In this document: positions 14,756-24,317 of the stretch, one piece after another | Position numbering within the stretch: position 1 is the first letter of the stretch | Layout: every line of letters starts with the position of its first letter | Assembly: GCF_017639005.1 (NCBI RefSeq) | Contig: NZ_CP067241.1 | Length of the DNA: 32,000 nucleotides | Origin: Escherichia coli | GTDB lineage: Bacteria > Pseudomonadota > Gammaproteobacteria > Enterobacterales > Enterobacteriaceae | Direction: 5' to 3' (one strand) | Notes under the pieces: generated by a model | The model's input: only the letters and a program-made list of their open reading frames with translations | Databases searched by the model: none | Told to the model about the DNA's origin: nothing | Program-made: the position numbers and the translations under genes

Positions 14756-16684
14756 TTATTCCTCCAATTGTTTAAGACTGCGGCTGCGAATCTCTTGTTG
14801 CAGCTTCTCGATCACTTCATTTACGTCCATGCTTCCCAGGTCTTTACCACGGCGGGTGCGAACGGCAACTTTGCCTGATTCCACCTCTTTATCACCACAG
14901 ACCAGCATATACGGGACGCGACGCAAAGTGTGCTCGCGGATTTTAAAGCCAATCTTCTCATTTCTCAAGTCTGCTTTAACACGAATGCCCGCATTTGATA
15001 GTTTTTGCGTCAATTCGTTAACGTATTCAGACTGCGAATCGGTAATATTCATGATAACAACCTGAACCGGCGCAAGCCAAGTCGGGAAGAAACCAGCGAA
15101 TTCTTCGGTCAGGATACCGATGAAACGTTCCATCGACCCCAGAATTGCGCGGTGAATCATTACCGGTACCTTACGCTCGTTGTCTTCGCCCACATAGGAG
15201 GCGCTCAGACGAGACGGCAAGGAGAAGTCCAGCTGTACTGTACCGCACTGCCATGCACGATCGAGGCAGTCATACAGGGTAAATTCAATTTTCGGACCGT
15301 AGAAAGCGCCTTCACCCAGTTGATATTCAAACGGGATGTTGTTTTCTTCCAGCGCAACCGCCAGGTCCGCCTCAGCACGATCCCACATTTCGTCGCTGCC
15401 AATACGTTTTTCAGGACGAGTGGAGAGTTTGACGACGATCTTCTCGAAGCCAAAAGTGCTGTACATATCATAGACTAAACGGATACATCCGTTAACTTCA
15501 TCGCGAATTTGTTCTTCAGTACAGAAGATATGCGCGTCATCCTGGGTAAATCCACGTACGCGCATCAGGCCATGCAGCGAACCTGACGGCTCGTTACGGT
15601 GGCAGCTACCAAACTCGGCCATACGCAGCGGCAAATCGCGATACGACTTCAGCCCCTGGTTGAAAATTTGTACGTGACCCGGGCAGTTCATCGGCTTAAT
15701 GCAGTATTCACGGTTCTCAGAAGACGTGGTGAACATTGCATCTTTGTAGTTGTCCCAGTGACCGGTTTTTTCCCACAGAACACGGTCCATCATGAACGGA
15801 CCTTTAACTTCCTGATACTGGTACTCTTTCAGTTTAGAACGAACAAACACTTCCAGTTCACGGAAGATGGTCCAGCCATCGTTGTGCCAGAATACCATAC
15901 CCGGTGCTTCTTCCTGCATATGGTACAGGTCGAGCTGTTTACCGATTTTACGGTGGTCGCGTTTCGCGGCTTCTTCCAGGCGCTGCAGGTAAGCGTTAAG
16001 CGCTTTTTTGTCTGCCCACGCCGTACCGTAAATACGTTGCAACATTTTGTTGTTGCTGTCGCCACGCCAGTAAGCCCCTGCCGTTTTCATTAGTTTGAAA
16101 TGATGGCAGAAACGCATGTTCGGTACGTGCGGACCGCGGCACATATCGACATATTCTTCATGGAAGTACAGACCTGGCTTGTCATCATGGGCGATGTTTT
16201 CGTCAAGAATGGAGACTTTGTAGCTCTCCCCACGGTTGGCGAAAGTTTCACGCGCTTCGTGCCAGCTGACTTTCTTCTTAATGACGTCGTAGTTTTTCTC
16301 AGCAAGCTCATGCATCCGCTTCTCGAGTGCTTCGACATCTTCCTGGGTTAACGTACGGTCAAGATCAACGTCGTAATAAAAACCGTTGTCAATAACCGGG
16401 CCGATTGCCATTTTGGTATGCGGCCAAAGTTGTTTAATCGCGTGCCCTAACAGGTGCGCACAGGAGTGACGAATGATCTCCAGACCTTCTTCGTCTTTGG
16501 CGGTAATGATCGACAGTTGTGCGTCGTTTTCAATCAGATCGCAAGCATCAACCAGTTCGCCATTAACGCGCCCTGCGATACAGGCTTTCGCCAGACCTGG
16601 ACCAATGTCCAGCGCAACATCCATGGGGCTTACAGCGTGGTCGTAATGGCGTTGGCTGCCATCAGGAAGAGTTATAACAGGCAT
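14756..16684 (-). CDS. thrS: Threonyl-tRNA synthetase
   Basis: The 642-aa ORF is a full-length ThrRS with TGS, editing, class II core and anticodon-binding regions. Its stop lies 3 nt before the infC start. Confidence 0.98.
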
Positions 16685-16687
16685 TTT

Positions 16688-16800
16688 ATATCCTTATTTG
16701 CAGTGGTGACCCACACGAAAGATCACATACAAAGAAAAATTTGTTTATTAACAGTTCATTGCGAAACCATCTAGCCAACAAATGCTAAATTGGTTCGCAA
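16688..16800 (-). promoter_or_regulatory. thrS translational operator (tRNA-Thr anticodon-arm mimics)
   Basis: On the minus strand, hairpin GUGAUC-UUUCGUGU-GGGUCAC (16726-16706) carries a CGU anticodon-like triplet in its loop, just upstream of the SD and AUG. A second, longer hairpin pairs UUGCGAACCA with UGGUUUCGCAA (16800-16759). This agrees with the established ThrRS autoregulation model. Confidence 0.75.
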
Positions 16801-17206
16801 TCAGGTACACAAATGAAAGACATTAACCTCTCACCTTCCACCCGGTTGAACGATGTTAACACTAAAAAAAGGGAGATTGTACCTTTCCGTTTCACATTGA
16901 TTCGATTCGCAATTCGTTTGTAGTGAGTACACCAGCAAAACGCTTAAAGAACCACTGATAACATCACGGAGCGTCTGAAAGGTTTACTGCGAGCGGATTT
17001 GCAGCAGCATAAACTGAATCCAGCAAAGTTCGTTGCGTGATTTGGCGGTACTATTTAAACGATCATAAGATTAATGACGAAGTGGTCATATCACAATGAT
17101 AAAAGTGACACAATTCTTATAGCAATTTTTCGTGCACATTTCGTTCTGGCGATAATAATTAATCATCATCCTCAAAACCTCCAGACATATATAAGGCGAA
17201 AAGATT

Positions 17207-19105
17207 ATGAGTCAAAACGACATTATTATCAGAACTCATTATAAGTCTCCTCATAGAATGCACATCGATAGCGACATACCAACGCCTTCATCAGAGCCTA
17301 TTAATCAATTTGCGCGCCAACTCATCACCCTACTTGATACCTCTGACTTAAGTTCGATGCTGTCATACTGTGTTACTCAGGAATTTACCGCAAACTGTCG
17401 AAAAATATCACAAAATTGTTATTCCACTGCCCTTTTTACCATTAACTTTGCCACTTCACCCATCCATGCAGAAAATATACTCATTACATTACACTATAAA
17501 AAAGAAATCATTTCCTTACTTCTGGAAACCACGCCCATTAAAGCTAACCATTTGCGAAGCATACTGGATTATATTGAACAGGGACAGTCAACTGCCGAAA
17601 AACGTAACCATTGCATGAAGCTGTCAAAAAAAATCCATAGAGAAAAAACTATACAACCAACAGTAAATCTCAATGGTAGTGCATTTTTTTCGCAATCTCC
17701 TTCTGACGCTATTTTTTGTCGCCATCTGTCATTGCAATACGCACTTGATTCACTGAGAAATGGAAAAGGCAAAGTCAATCTGATTAAACATTACTCCTCC
17801 GTTGAATCCATACAGCAGCATGTTCCCTTAGTCCGGGACGCGGAGTTCAGATCATTACTTCGCCATCCTCCTGCAGGGAGTCGCGTTATCGCGAGTAAAG
17901 ATTTTGGCTTCGCTTTAGATATTTTCTTCTGTCGAATGATGGCAAACAATGTCAGTCATATGTCCGCGATTTTATATATAGACAATCATACTTTGTCAGT
18001 AAGGCTACGAATAAAGCAGTCAGCGTATGGGCAATTAAATTATGTTGTGTCCGTTTACGACCCGAACGATACCAACGTTGCCGTCAGAGGCACCCACAGG
18101 ACAGCACGGGGCTTTCTCTCGCTCGATAAATTCATCAGTTCAGGTCCCGATGCTCAGACCTGGGCTGATAGGTATGTTCGCAACTGTGCAATTGCTTTTC
18201 TGCCCCTATTACCTGAGGGAGTTCCAGTGGCTATTTTCGCGGGTATTGCATCACGAATGCCATTTGCCCCTATACATCCATCGGCAATGTTGTTAATAAT
18301 GGCCACAGGCCAGACTCAACAGCTTATTACATTATTCAAACAGTTACCCATACTCCCTGAAAAAGAAATCATTGAAATAATAACTGCGCAGAATAGCGTT
18401 GGTACACCTGCATTATTTTTGGCTATGATGAACGGACATACTGACAACGTGAAAATATTTATGCAAGAAATTCAGTCACTGGTAGATAATCATATCATTC
18501 ATGAAGATAATCTGGTTAAATTACTGCAAACTAAAAGTGCTAACGAAACACCTGGACTCTATATCTCCATGTTGTATGGATTCGATGAAATAATCGATAT
18601 CTTTCTGAATGCATTAACCACTCCAATAACACAAGAGCTTTTAAGCAAAAAAATGGTGATGGATATTTTAGCAATGAAAACACGTGATGGTGAGCCAGGA
18701 TTATATGCCGCAATGGAAAATAATCACCCTTTGTGTGTCACACGGTTCCTCTCTAAAGTTTATGGAATCGCTGTTAAATATAACCTCAGCAAAATTAACA
18801 TCATGGATTTATTAAAAGGCGCAACAGCACATGGAACCCCTGCTTTATACATCGCCATGAGTAAGGGTAATAAAGACGTCGTGTTATCTTATATATCAAC
18901 GCTGGGTACTTTTGCAAAAAAATATTCTTTTAGTCAATGTCAGTTATTCACATTGTTGGCCGCTAAAAATCATGACAACATGTCAGCTGTTCATATAGCC
19001 ATTCATCATAATCATTATAAAACTGTAGAAACATATTATGCTGCTATAAACGTAATCAGCCAAAGCCTGAGTTTTAGTGCTGATGAGCTAAAGACGTATT
19101 TATAA
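17207..19105 (+). CDS. arpB: Ankyrin-repeat protein ArpB, intact 632-aa form
   Basis: This is a single uninterrupted ORF in a visibly AT-rich segment. The C-terminal ~240 aa contain at least 5 ankyrin-like repeats ([100 protein letters not shown]). The position between thrS and yniD matches arpB. Confidence 0.85.
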   Translation: MSQNDIIIRTHYKSPHRMHIDSDIPTPSSEPINQFARQLITLLDTSDLSSMLSYCVTQEFTANCRKISQNCYSTALFTINFATSPIHAENILITLHYKKEIISLLLETTPIKANHLRSILDYIEQGQSTAEKRNHCMKLSKKIHREKTIQPTVNLNGSAFFSQSPSDAIFCRHLSLQYALDSLRNGKGKVNLIKHYSSVESIQQHVPLVRDAEFRSLLRHPPAGSRVIASKDFGFALDIFFCRMMANNVSHMSAILYIDNHTLSVRLRIKQSAYGQLNYVVSVYDPNDTNVAVRGTHRTARGFLSLDKFISSGPDAQTWADRYVRNCAIAFLPLLPEGVPVAIFAGIASRMPFAPIHPSAMLLIMATGQTQQLITLFKQLPILPEKEIIEIITAQNSVGTPALFLAMMNGHTDNVKIFMQEIQSLVDNHIIHEDNLVKLLQTKSANETPGLYISMLYGFDEIIDIFLNALTTPITQELLSKKMVMDILAMKTRDGEPGLYAAMENNHPLCVTRFLSKVYGIAVKYNLSKINIMDLLKGATAHGTPALYIAMSKGNKDVVLSYISTLGTFAKKYSFSQCQLFTLLAAKNHDNMSAVHIAIHHNHYKTVETYYAAINVISQSLSFSADELKTYL

Positions 19106-19271
19106 CCAGATATTTATATATCGATACATAATTTTATTTTTTTCATAAACCGCAAAAACAGTGATCAGGTGTACAACGCCACCCGACGGCTGTAATAACA
19201 AAAAATCCCTTGATGCCTGTCCCTTTTGTTACACTCCGTTATCACGCACAAGAGATATGCAGGACACTGGT

Positions 19272-19379
19272 ATGCCGACTAAACGCTTTGATAAAAAACA
19301 CTGGAAGATGGTGGTGGTGCTACTGGCAATCTGTGGCGCTATGTTGTTGCTACGTTGGGCAGCAATGATTTGGGGCTGA
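19272..19379 (+). CDS. yniD: Small membrane protein YniD (35 aa)
   Basis: The product is MPTKRFDKKHWKMVVVLLAICGAMLLLRWAAMIWG, with a single TM helix. The ATG at 19272 lies inside a longer GTG-initiated track ORF. This matches the known small protein YniD. Confidence 0.75.
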   Translation: MPTKRFDKKHWKMVVVLLAICGAMLLLRWAAMIWG

Positions 19380-19398
19380 GCAGTGACAAACGAAGACA

Positions 19399-19423
19399 GC
19401 CAGACCGCATAACACGGTCCGGC
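19399..19423. terminator. Putative shared hairpin between convergent yniD and ydiY
   Basis: GCCAGACCG / CGGTCCGGC pairs 8 of 9 positions with a 7-nt loop. The U-tracts are weak on both strands. Confidence 0.45.
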
Positions 19424-19431
19424 AGATAATT

Positions 19432-20190
19432 TTACATGCTGTAGCCCAGCGATAAGGTTGTCCGACGATCGGTATGTTCCGGTGCAGACTCTGGAGGTTC
19501 AGAGTTCCATGTGACGTTGTAAGCCACCTTCAGTCCAAAATGTTCATTAATAGCAACATTTAATGCGCTTTCAGAGTTCAGCGTTGTGTCTTCCGCGCCA
19601 AAGACGGAAACACCCTGCGTAAATTTAGCGTTGTCAGTCAACTGCCATGCATAAGCCCCGGAGGCATAACCCAGCGGCTGGGTTTCACTGGCATTATCGG
19701 TATATTTGTCGTAACGCACACCTGGACCGAATTCAAAGCGGAAACTGTGTACCGGGCCATTCAAAAACTGACGACCATAACCCGCGGTCAACACATCGCG
19801 CTCTCGATAGCCGTTATAACGGTCTGTCAGCCAGCTTGCCTGACCAAATAAATAGTCATAATCAGTTAAATTAAAACGGCTACGCCCGCCCGCCGCATAT
19901 TTTTCTGAAGAACGCTCATCATTAGAAGAAGTATTACTGGCGTTCCCCCACAGCGACCAGGCAGTGGTTTGTCCATACCAGGTCATGGTGGTGTCAGCCG
20001 TAAGTGAGGAGCTTTTCGTATTGCCTGATTGTGCAAGATATCCTGCGTTCAGATTACCTTCGAAAGGTTTTTTAGCGCTGGCAGGATCGTCCATGACAGT
20101 AAAAACGGAATCATCGGCAGCTGCATTCAGTGACGCAAACATGCCCCCCGCCAACATAACGATGGCAGGAACTGTCTTCAAAAGCTTCAT
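19432..20190 (-). CDS. ydiY: Putative outer-membrane beta-barrel protein YdiY (DUF481 family)
   Basis: The 252-aa ORF has a signal peptide MKLLKTVPAIVMLAGGMFASLNAAA. It shows an alternating aromatic/polar beta-strand pattern. Confidence 0.93.
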   Translation of the reverse strand: MKLLKTVPAIVMLAGGMFASLNAAADDSVFTVMDDPASAKKPFEGNLNAGYLAQSGNTKSSSLTADTTMTWYGQTTAWSLWGNASNTSSNDERSSEKYAAGGRSRFNLTDYDYLFGQASWLTDRYNGYRERDVLTAGYGRQFLNGPVHSFRFEFGPGVRYDKYTDNASETQPLGYASGAYAWQLTDNAKFTQGVSVFGAEDTTLNSESALNVAINEHFGLKVAYNVTWNSEPPESAPEHTDRRTTLSLGYSM

Positions 20191-20476
20191 TTATCAAGAG
20201 TCCGTACAACAAAAAAAGAGACCTTCGCGGTCCCGGAAACTTTCTTAAGGATCAAAGATTAGCGTCCCTGGAAAGGTAACGAATTATAAAAAGGCGCGAA
20301 TAACTTAGCAATGTATTCTTATTTCATTTTTTGAATAAGCATGTGGCGAAAACAGATTTTTATTTATATATATTTATCTGCAAAATTTTAAATAAAGCTC
20401 CAATAAATCATATTGTTAATTTCTTCACTTTCCGCTGATTCGGTGCCAGACTGAAATCAGCCTATAGGAGGAAATG

Positions 20477-21406
20477 ATGGTACGTATCTATACGTTGACA
20501 CTTGCGCCCTCTCTCGATAGCGCAACAATTACCCCGCAAATTTATCCCGAAGGAAAGCTGCGCTGTACCGCACCGGTATTCGAACCCGGAGGCGGCGGCA
20601 TCAACGTCGCCCGCGCCATTGCCCATCTTGGAGGCAGTGCCACAGCGATCTTCCCGGCGGGTGGTGCGACCGGCGAACATCTGGTTTCACTGTTGGCAGA
20701 TGAAAATGTCCCCGTCGCTACTGTAGAAGCCAAAGACTGGACCCGGCAGAATTTACACGTACATGTGGAAGCAAGCGGTGAGCAGTATCGTTTTGTCATG
20801 CCAGGCGCGGCATTAAGTGAAGATGAGTTTCGCCAGCTTGAAGAGCAAGTTCTGGAAATTGAATCCGGTGCTATCCTGGTCATAAGCGGAAGCCTGCCGC
20901 CAGGTGTGAAGCTGGAAAAATTAACCCAACTGATTTCCGCTGCGCAAAAACAAGGGATTCGCTGCATCGTCGACAGTTCTGGCGAAGCGTTAAGTGCAGC
21001 ACTGGCGATTGGTAATATCGAGTTGGTTAAGCCTAACCAAAAAGAACTCAGTGCGCTAGTGAATCGCGAACTCACCCAGCCAGACGATGTCCGCAAAGCC
21101 GCGCAGGAAATCGTTAATAGCGGCAAGGCCAAACGAGTTGTCGTTTCCCTGGGTCCACAAGGGGCGTTGGGCGTTGATAGTGAAAACTGCATTCAGGTTG
21201 TGCCACCACCGGTGAAAAGCCAGAGCACCGTTGGCGCTGGTGACAGCATGGTCGGCGCGATGACACTGAAACTGGCAGAAAATGCCTCTCTTGAAGAGAT
21301 GGTCCGTTTTGGCGTAGCTGCGGGGAGTGCAGCCACACTCAATCAGGGAACACGCCTGTGCTCCCATGACGATACACAAAAAATTTACGCTTACCTTTCC
21401 CGCTAA
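20477..21406 (+). CDS. pfkB: 6-phosphofructokinase II (ribokinase/PfkB family)
   Basis: I chose the second of two tandem ATGs (MVRIYTLTL), giving 309 aa. The SD AGGAGG is at 20466-20471. The PfkB signature GAGDS is present near the C-terminus. Confidence 0.96.
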   Translation: MVRIYTLTLAPSLDSATITPQIYPEGKLRCTAPVFEPGGGGINVARAIAHLGGSATAIFPAGGATGEHLVSLLADENVPVATVEAKDWTRQNLHVHVEASGEQYRFVMPGAALSEDEFRQLEEQVLEIESGAILVISGSLPPGVKLEKLTQLISAAQKQGIRCIVDSSGEALSAALAIGNIELVKPNQKELSALVNRELTQPDDVRKAAQEIVNSGKAKRVVVSLGPQGALGVDSENCIQVVPPPVKSQSTVGAGDSMVGAMTLKLAENASLEEMVRFGVAAGSAATLNQGTRLCSHDDTQKIYAYLSR

Positions 21407-21413
21407 CTGAAAC

Positions 21414-21435
21414 ATTCCCCCTGCATTGGGGGAAT
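21414..21435 (+). terminator. Hairpin after pfkB (weak terminator candidate)
   Basis: An 8-bp stem ATTCCCCC / GGGGGAAT has loop TGCATT and starts 8 nt after the pfkB stop. No U-tract follows. Confidence 0.4.
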
Positions 21436-21506
21436 CACCACCAACCTGTCGGCAACGCGTTTCTCCGACTATGCTCAAAAGTCATGTGATAACAAAGGGG
21501 TGAACT

Positions 21507-21797
21507 ATGGCCAGTGGCGATCTTGTCCGTTATGTCATAACCGTCATGTTGCACGAAGATACATTGACTGAAATTAACGAGTTGAATAATTACCTGACTC
21601 GCGACGGTTTTTTGCTCACCATGACGGATGATGATGGAAATATCCATGAGCTGGGGACTAACACTTTTGGACTTATCAGTACCCAAAGTGAAGAAGAAAT
21701 TAGAGAACTGGTTTCGGGGCTTACCCAAAGTGCAACCGGCAAAGATCCTGAAATCACCATCACGACCTGGGAGGAATGGAATAGCAACAGAAAATAA
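21507..21797 (+). CDS. ydiZ: Uncharacterised 96-aa protein YdiZ (GhoS-like family by my recollection)
   Basis: The ORF has an SD AAGGGG 7 nt upstream. Its sequence matches YdiZ. See the finding on GhoS similarity. Confidence 0.9.
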   Translation: MASGDLVRYVITVMLHEDTLTEINELNNYLTRDGFLLTMTDDDGNIHELGTNTFGLISTQSEEEIRELVSGLTQSATGKDPEITITTWEEWNSNRK

Positions 21798-21902
21798 ATG
21801 GTTTTTGGGCAATAATCAGTCTGTGGTGTGCGTTAGCTCGTGTTTTTACACCGCATTCTTGCGCTAACCTTATGATCTGGCAGACAACATGGGAGAGACA
21901 TC

Positions 21903-22763
21903 ATGTGGCAGGCAATCAGTCGTCTTTTGAGCGAGCAGTTAGGTGAAGGCGAAATCGAACTGCGTAATGAACTGCCTGGCGGAGAAGTCCATGCCGCATG
22001 GCATTTGCGCTATGCAGGACATGACTTTTTCGTCAAATGTGATGAAAGGGAACTGCTTCCTGGTTTTACCGCCGAAGCTGACCAACTGGAGTTACTGTCG
22101 CGTAGTAAAACCGTCACCGTGCCTAAGGTTTGGGCAGTTGGCGCTGACCGTGACTACAGTTTTCTGGTGATGGATTATCTCCCACCTCGCCCGCTGGATG
22201 CGCATAGCGCATTTATTCTTGGTCAGCAAATTGCGCGTTTACATCAATGGAGCGACCAACCACAATTTGGCCTCGATTTCGATAACGCGCTCTCCACAAC
22301 TCCCCAGCCCAACACCTGGCAACGTCGCTGGTCAACGTTTTTTGCTGAACAACGGATTGGCTGGCAGCTGGAACTGGCGGCAGAAAAAGGGATCGCTTTC
22401 GGCAATATCGATGCCATCGTCGAGCATATTCAGCAGCGTCTGGCCTCGCATCAACCGCAGCCTTCTCTGTTGCACGGCGATTTATGGTCCGGCAACTGTG
22501 CGCTGGGTCCGGATGGCCCGTACATTTTCGACCCGGCCTGCTACTGGGGTGACCGAGAGTGCGACCTGGCGATGTTACCGCTGCATACTGAACAGCCGCC
22601 ACAAATCTATGACGGCTATCAGTCAGTATCCCCGCTACCTGCCGATTTCCTTGAACGTCAACCGGTTTACCAACTCTACACGCTGTTAAATCGTGCAAGG
22701 TTATTTGGCGGTCAGCATTTGGTTATTGCTCAGCAGTCACTGGATAGATTATTAGCAGCATAA
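21903..22763 (+). CDS. yniA: Fructosamine/ketosamine-3-kinase family protein YniA
   Basis: The 286-aa ORF has the APH-like catalytic motif LLHGDLWSGN and the downstream DPA motif. Confidence 0.95.
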   Translation: MWQAISRLLSEQLGEGEIELRNELPGGEVHAAWHLRYAGHDFFVKCDERELLPGFTAEADQLELLSRSKTVTVPKVWAVGADRDYSFLVMDYLPPRPLDAHSAFILGQQIARLHQWSDQPQFGLDFDNALSTTPQPNTWQRRWSTFFAEQRIGWQLELAAEKGIAFGNIDAIVEHIQQRLASHQPQPSLLHGDLWSGNCALGPDGPYIFDPACYWGDRECDLAMLPLHTEQPPQIYDGYQSVSPLPADFLERQPVYQLYTLLNRARLFGGQHLVIAQQSLDRLLAA

Positions 22764-22780
22764 TATGGGGTGAGGATAAT

Positions 22781-22802
22781 GGCCGCTCCGTGCGGCCTTT
22801 TG
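22781..22802 (+). terminator. Rho-independent terminator of yniA
   Basis: GGCCGC-TCCGT-GCGGCC is followed by TTTTG. It abuts the 3' end of the convergent yniB. Confidence 0.7.
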
Positions 22803-22803
22803 A

Positions 22804-23340
22804 TTAAATAAACCCAAGCAGAGAAAAGAACACATAACCTGCAGCAATACAAATAAGCGGCAGGATATACAGCGAGAAAAACTGCAGGAAAATAGTATGG
22901 TGCGGAACAACAATACGTGACTCAATTTGTTCACGCGTTAGCCCCTCTTCCCCTTTGGCTTTTTCCAGAATGAGTTGATCTTCAACACCTTCCCGCAAGA
23001 AGCGCGCCTGGCGACTCATCCGGGCTCCGGAATCCTGCAACGCCAGTCCGACAAAAATCAGGATGAAAATCACCCAGAACATAACGTTCACGCCACCATT
23101 AAAATTGGGCGTCGGAGAGTTGTACCAGAACAGATTCAAAAAAGGCGTATTCGCCTGCATCATATCGATCATGACATGAGTAAAGTCGAGCATGACCGCA
23201 TTAATGCCTTCCTGGTTTTCCTGCCGGGTATTCATAAATTTCAGCAAAGAAATCAATGTAGAGATCAATGCAGGTATAAAAATCACCCAACCCAAAATCC
23301 TTTTCAAAACAGCAATGCGTCCAGCTTGTTGATACGTCAT
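22804..23340 (-). CDS. yniB: Inner-membrane protein YniB, function unknown
   Basis: The 178-aa ORF has three clear hydrophobic segments and matches YniB. Confidence 0.93.
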   Translation of the reverse strand: MTYQQAGRIAVLKRILGWVIFIPALISTLISLLKFMNTRQENQEGINAVMLDFTHVMIDMMQANTPFLNLFWYNSPTPNFNGGVNVMFWVIFILIFVGLALQDSGARMSRQARFLREGVEDQLILEKAKGEEGLTREQIESRIVVPHHTIFLQFFSLYILPLICIAAGYVFFSLLGFI

Positions 23341-23486
23341 GAGTTCTCCTTGATTAAGACGCGTCGTTTCACTTAGTTTACCTGTAGATATCTGTTTTCG
23401 CCCATTCTTTAAAGGCGATATGATAGGCGCTTAATCATAAGCACGGCTTAATACCTTACACATAATGCTCTAAAGGAGAGGTTGTA

Positions 23487-24155
23487 ATGTCAACCCCGCG
23501 TCAGATTCTTGCTGCAATTTTTGATATGGATGGATTACTTATCGACTCAGAACCTTTATGGGATCGAGCTGAACTGGATGTGATGGCAAGCCTGGGGGTG
23601 GATATCTCCCGTCGTAACGAGCTGCCGGACACCTTAGGTTTACGCATCGATATGGTGGTCGATCTTTGGTACGCCCGGCAACCGTGGAATGGGCCAAGCC
23701 GTCAGGAAGTAGTAGAACGGGTTATTGCCCGTGCCATTTCACTGGTTGAAGAGACACGTCCATTATTACCAGGCGTGCGCGAAGCTGTTGCGTTATGCAA
23801 AGAACAAGGTTTATTAGTGGGACTGGCCTCCGCGTCACCACTACATATGCTGGAAAAAGTGTTGACCATGTTTGACTTACGCGACAGTTTCGATGCCCTC
23901 GCCTCGGCTGAAAAACTGCCTTACAGCAAGCCGCATCCGCAAGTATATCTCGACTGCGCAGCAAAACTGGGCGTTGACCCACTGACCTGCGTGGCGCTGG
24001 AAGACTCGGTAAATGGCATGATCGCTTCTAAAGCAGCCCGCATGCGTTCCATCGTCGTTCCTGCGCCAGAAGCGCAAAATGATCCACGTTTTGTATTAGC
24101 AAACGTCAAACTCTCATCGCTGACAGAACTCACCGCAAAAGACCTTCTCGGTTAA
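23487..24155 (+). CDS. hxpB: HAD-superfamily hexitol/2-deoxyglucose-6-phosphate phosphatase
   Basis: The 222-aa ORF has HAD motif I FDMDGLLIDSE and matches YniC/HxpB. Confidence 0.95.
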   Translation: MSTPRQILAAIFDMDGLLIDSEPLWDRAELDVMASLGVDISRRNELPDTLGLRIDMVVDLWYARQPWNGPSRQEVVERVIARAISLVEETRPLLPGVREAVALCKEQGLLVGLASASPLHMLEKVLTMFDLRDSFDALASAEKLPYSKPHPQVYLDCAAKLGVDPLTCVALEDSVNGMIASKAARMRSIVVPAPEAQNDPRFVLANVKLSSLTELTAKDLLG

Positions 24156-24157
24156 TG

Positions 24158-24195
24158 ACCAGGGGCAGTGATCACACTGCTCCTGGTTCTTTATC
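24158..24195 (+). terminator. Rho-independent terminator of hxpB
   Basis: A 13-bp stem ACCAGGGGCAGTG / CACTGCTCCTGGT (one G-U) has loop ATCA and is followed by TCTTTATCT. Confidence 0.8.
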
Positions 24196-24265
24196 TGAAT
24201 TTGCATTCAACTGACGGATTAATCGTCAATTTAAGAGAAAGAGTTACACCGTCACCACTTCCGCG

Positions 24266-24303
24266 CACTGTATAAAAATCCTATACTGTACGTATCGACA
24301 GTT
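24266..24303. promoter_or_regulatory. Two adjacent LexA (SOS) boxes upstream of ydjM
   Basis: TACTGTACGTATCGACAGTT (24284-24303) has the CTG-N10-CAG core. A weaker upstream box is CACTGTATAAAAATCCTATA (24266-24285). ydjM is an established LexA-regulon member with tandem boxes. Confidence 0.75.
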
Positions 24304-24317
24304 TAGTGAGTTTTATC

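Noticed and set aside
17151-17169. A Fur-box-like AT-rich sequence GATAATAATTAATCATCAT ~40 nt upstream of arpB.
   Set aside because: Only the first hexamer matches well. The remainder aligns to the Fur consensus only with a 1-nt shift. Such matches are common in AT-rich DNA, and I know of no evidence for iron regulation of arpB.
19161-19271. A GTG-initiated N-terminal extension of yniD containing C-X6-C...C-X2-C, which could suggest a small zinc ribbon fused to the TM peptide.
   Set aside because: The extension covers what looks like the yniD promoter (TTGATG...TACACT). It has no SD. The 35-aa form from ATG 19272 matches the experimentally known small protein. The cysteine spacing is not a canonical zinc-ribbon pattern.
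20434-20461. A 7-bp hairpin GCTGATT...AATCAGC just 5' of the pfkB SD, next to a very AT-rich block (20330-20410).
   Set aside because: The stem is short and does not include the SD. The AT-rich block is adequately explained as divergent ydiY/pfkB promoter DNA. There is not enough evidence to propose a regulatory element.
20542-21478. Minus-strand ORFs of 216 aa and 140 aa opposite pfkB.
   Set aside because: These are shadow ORFs of pfkB with Ser/Ala/Pro-rich nonsense composition. pfkB identity is unambiguous.
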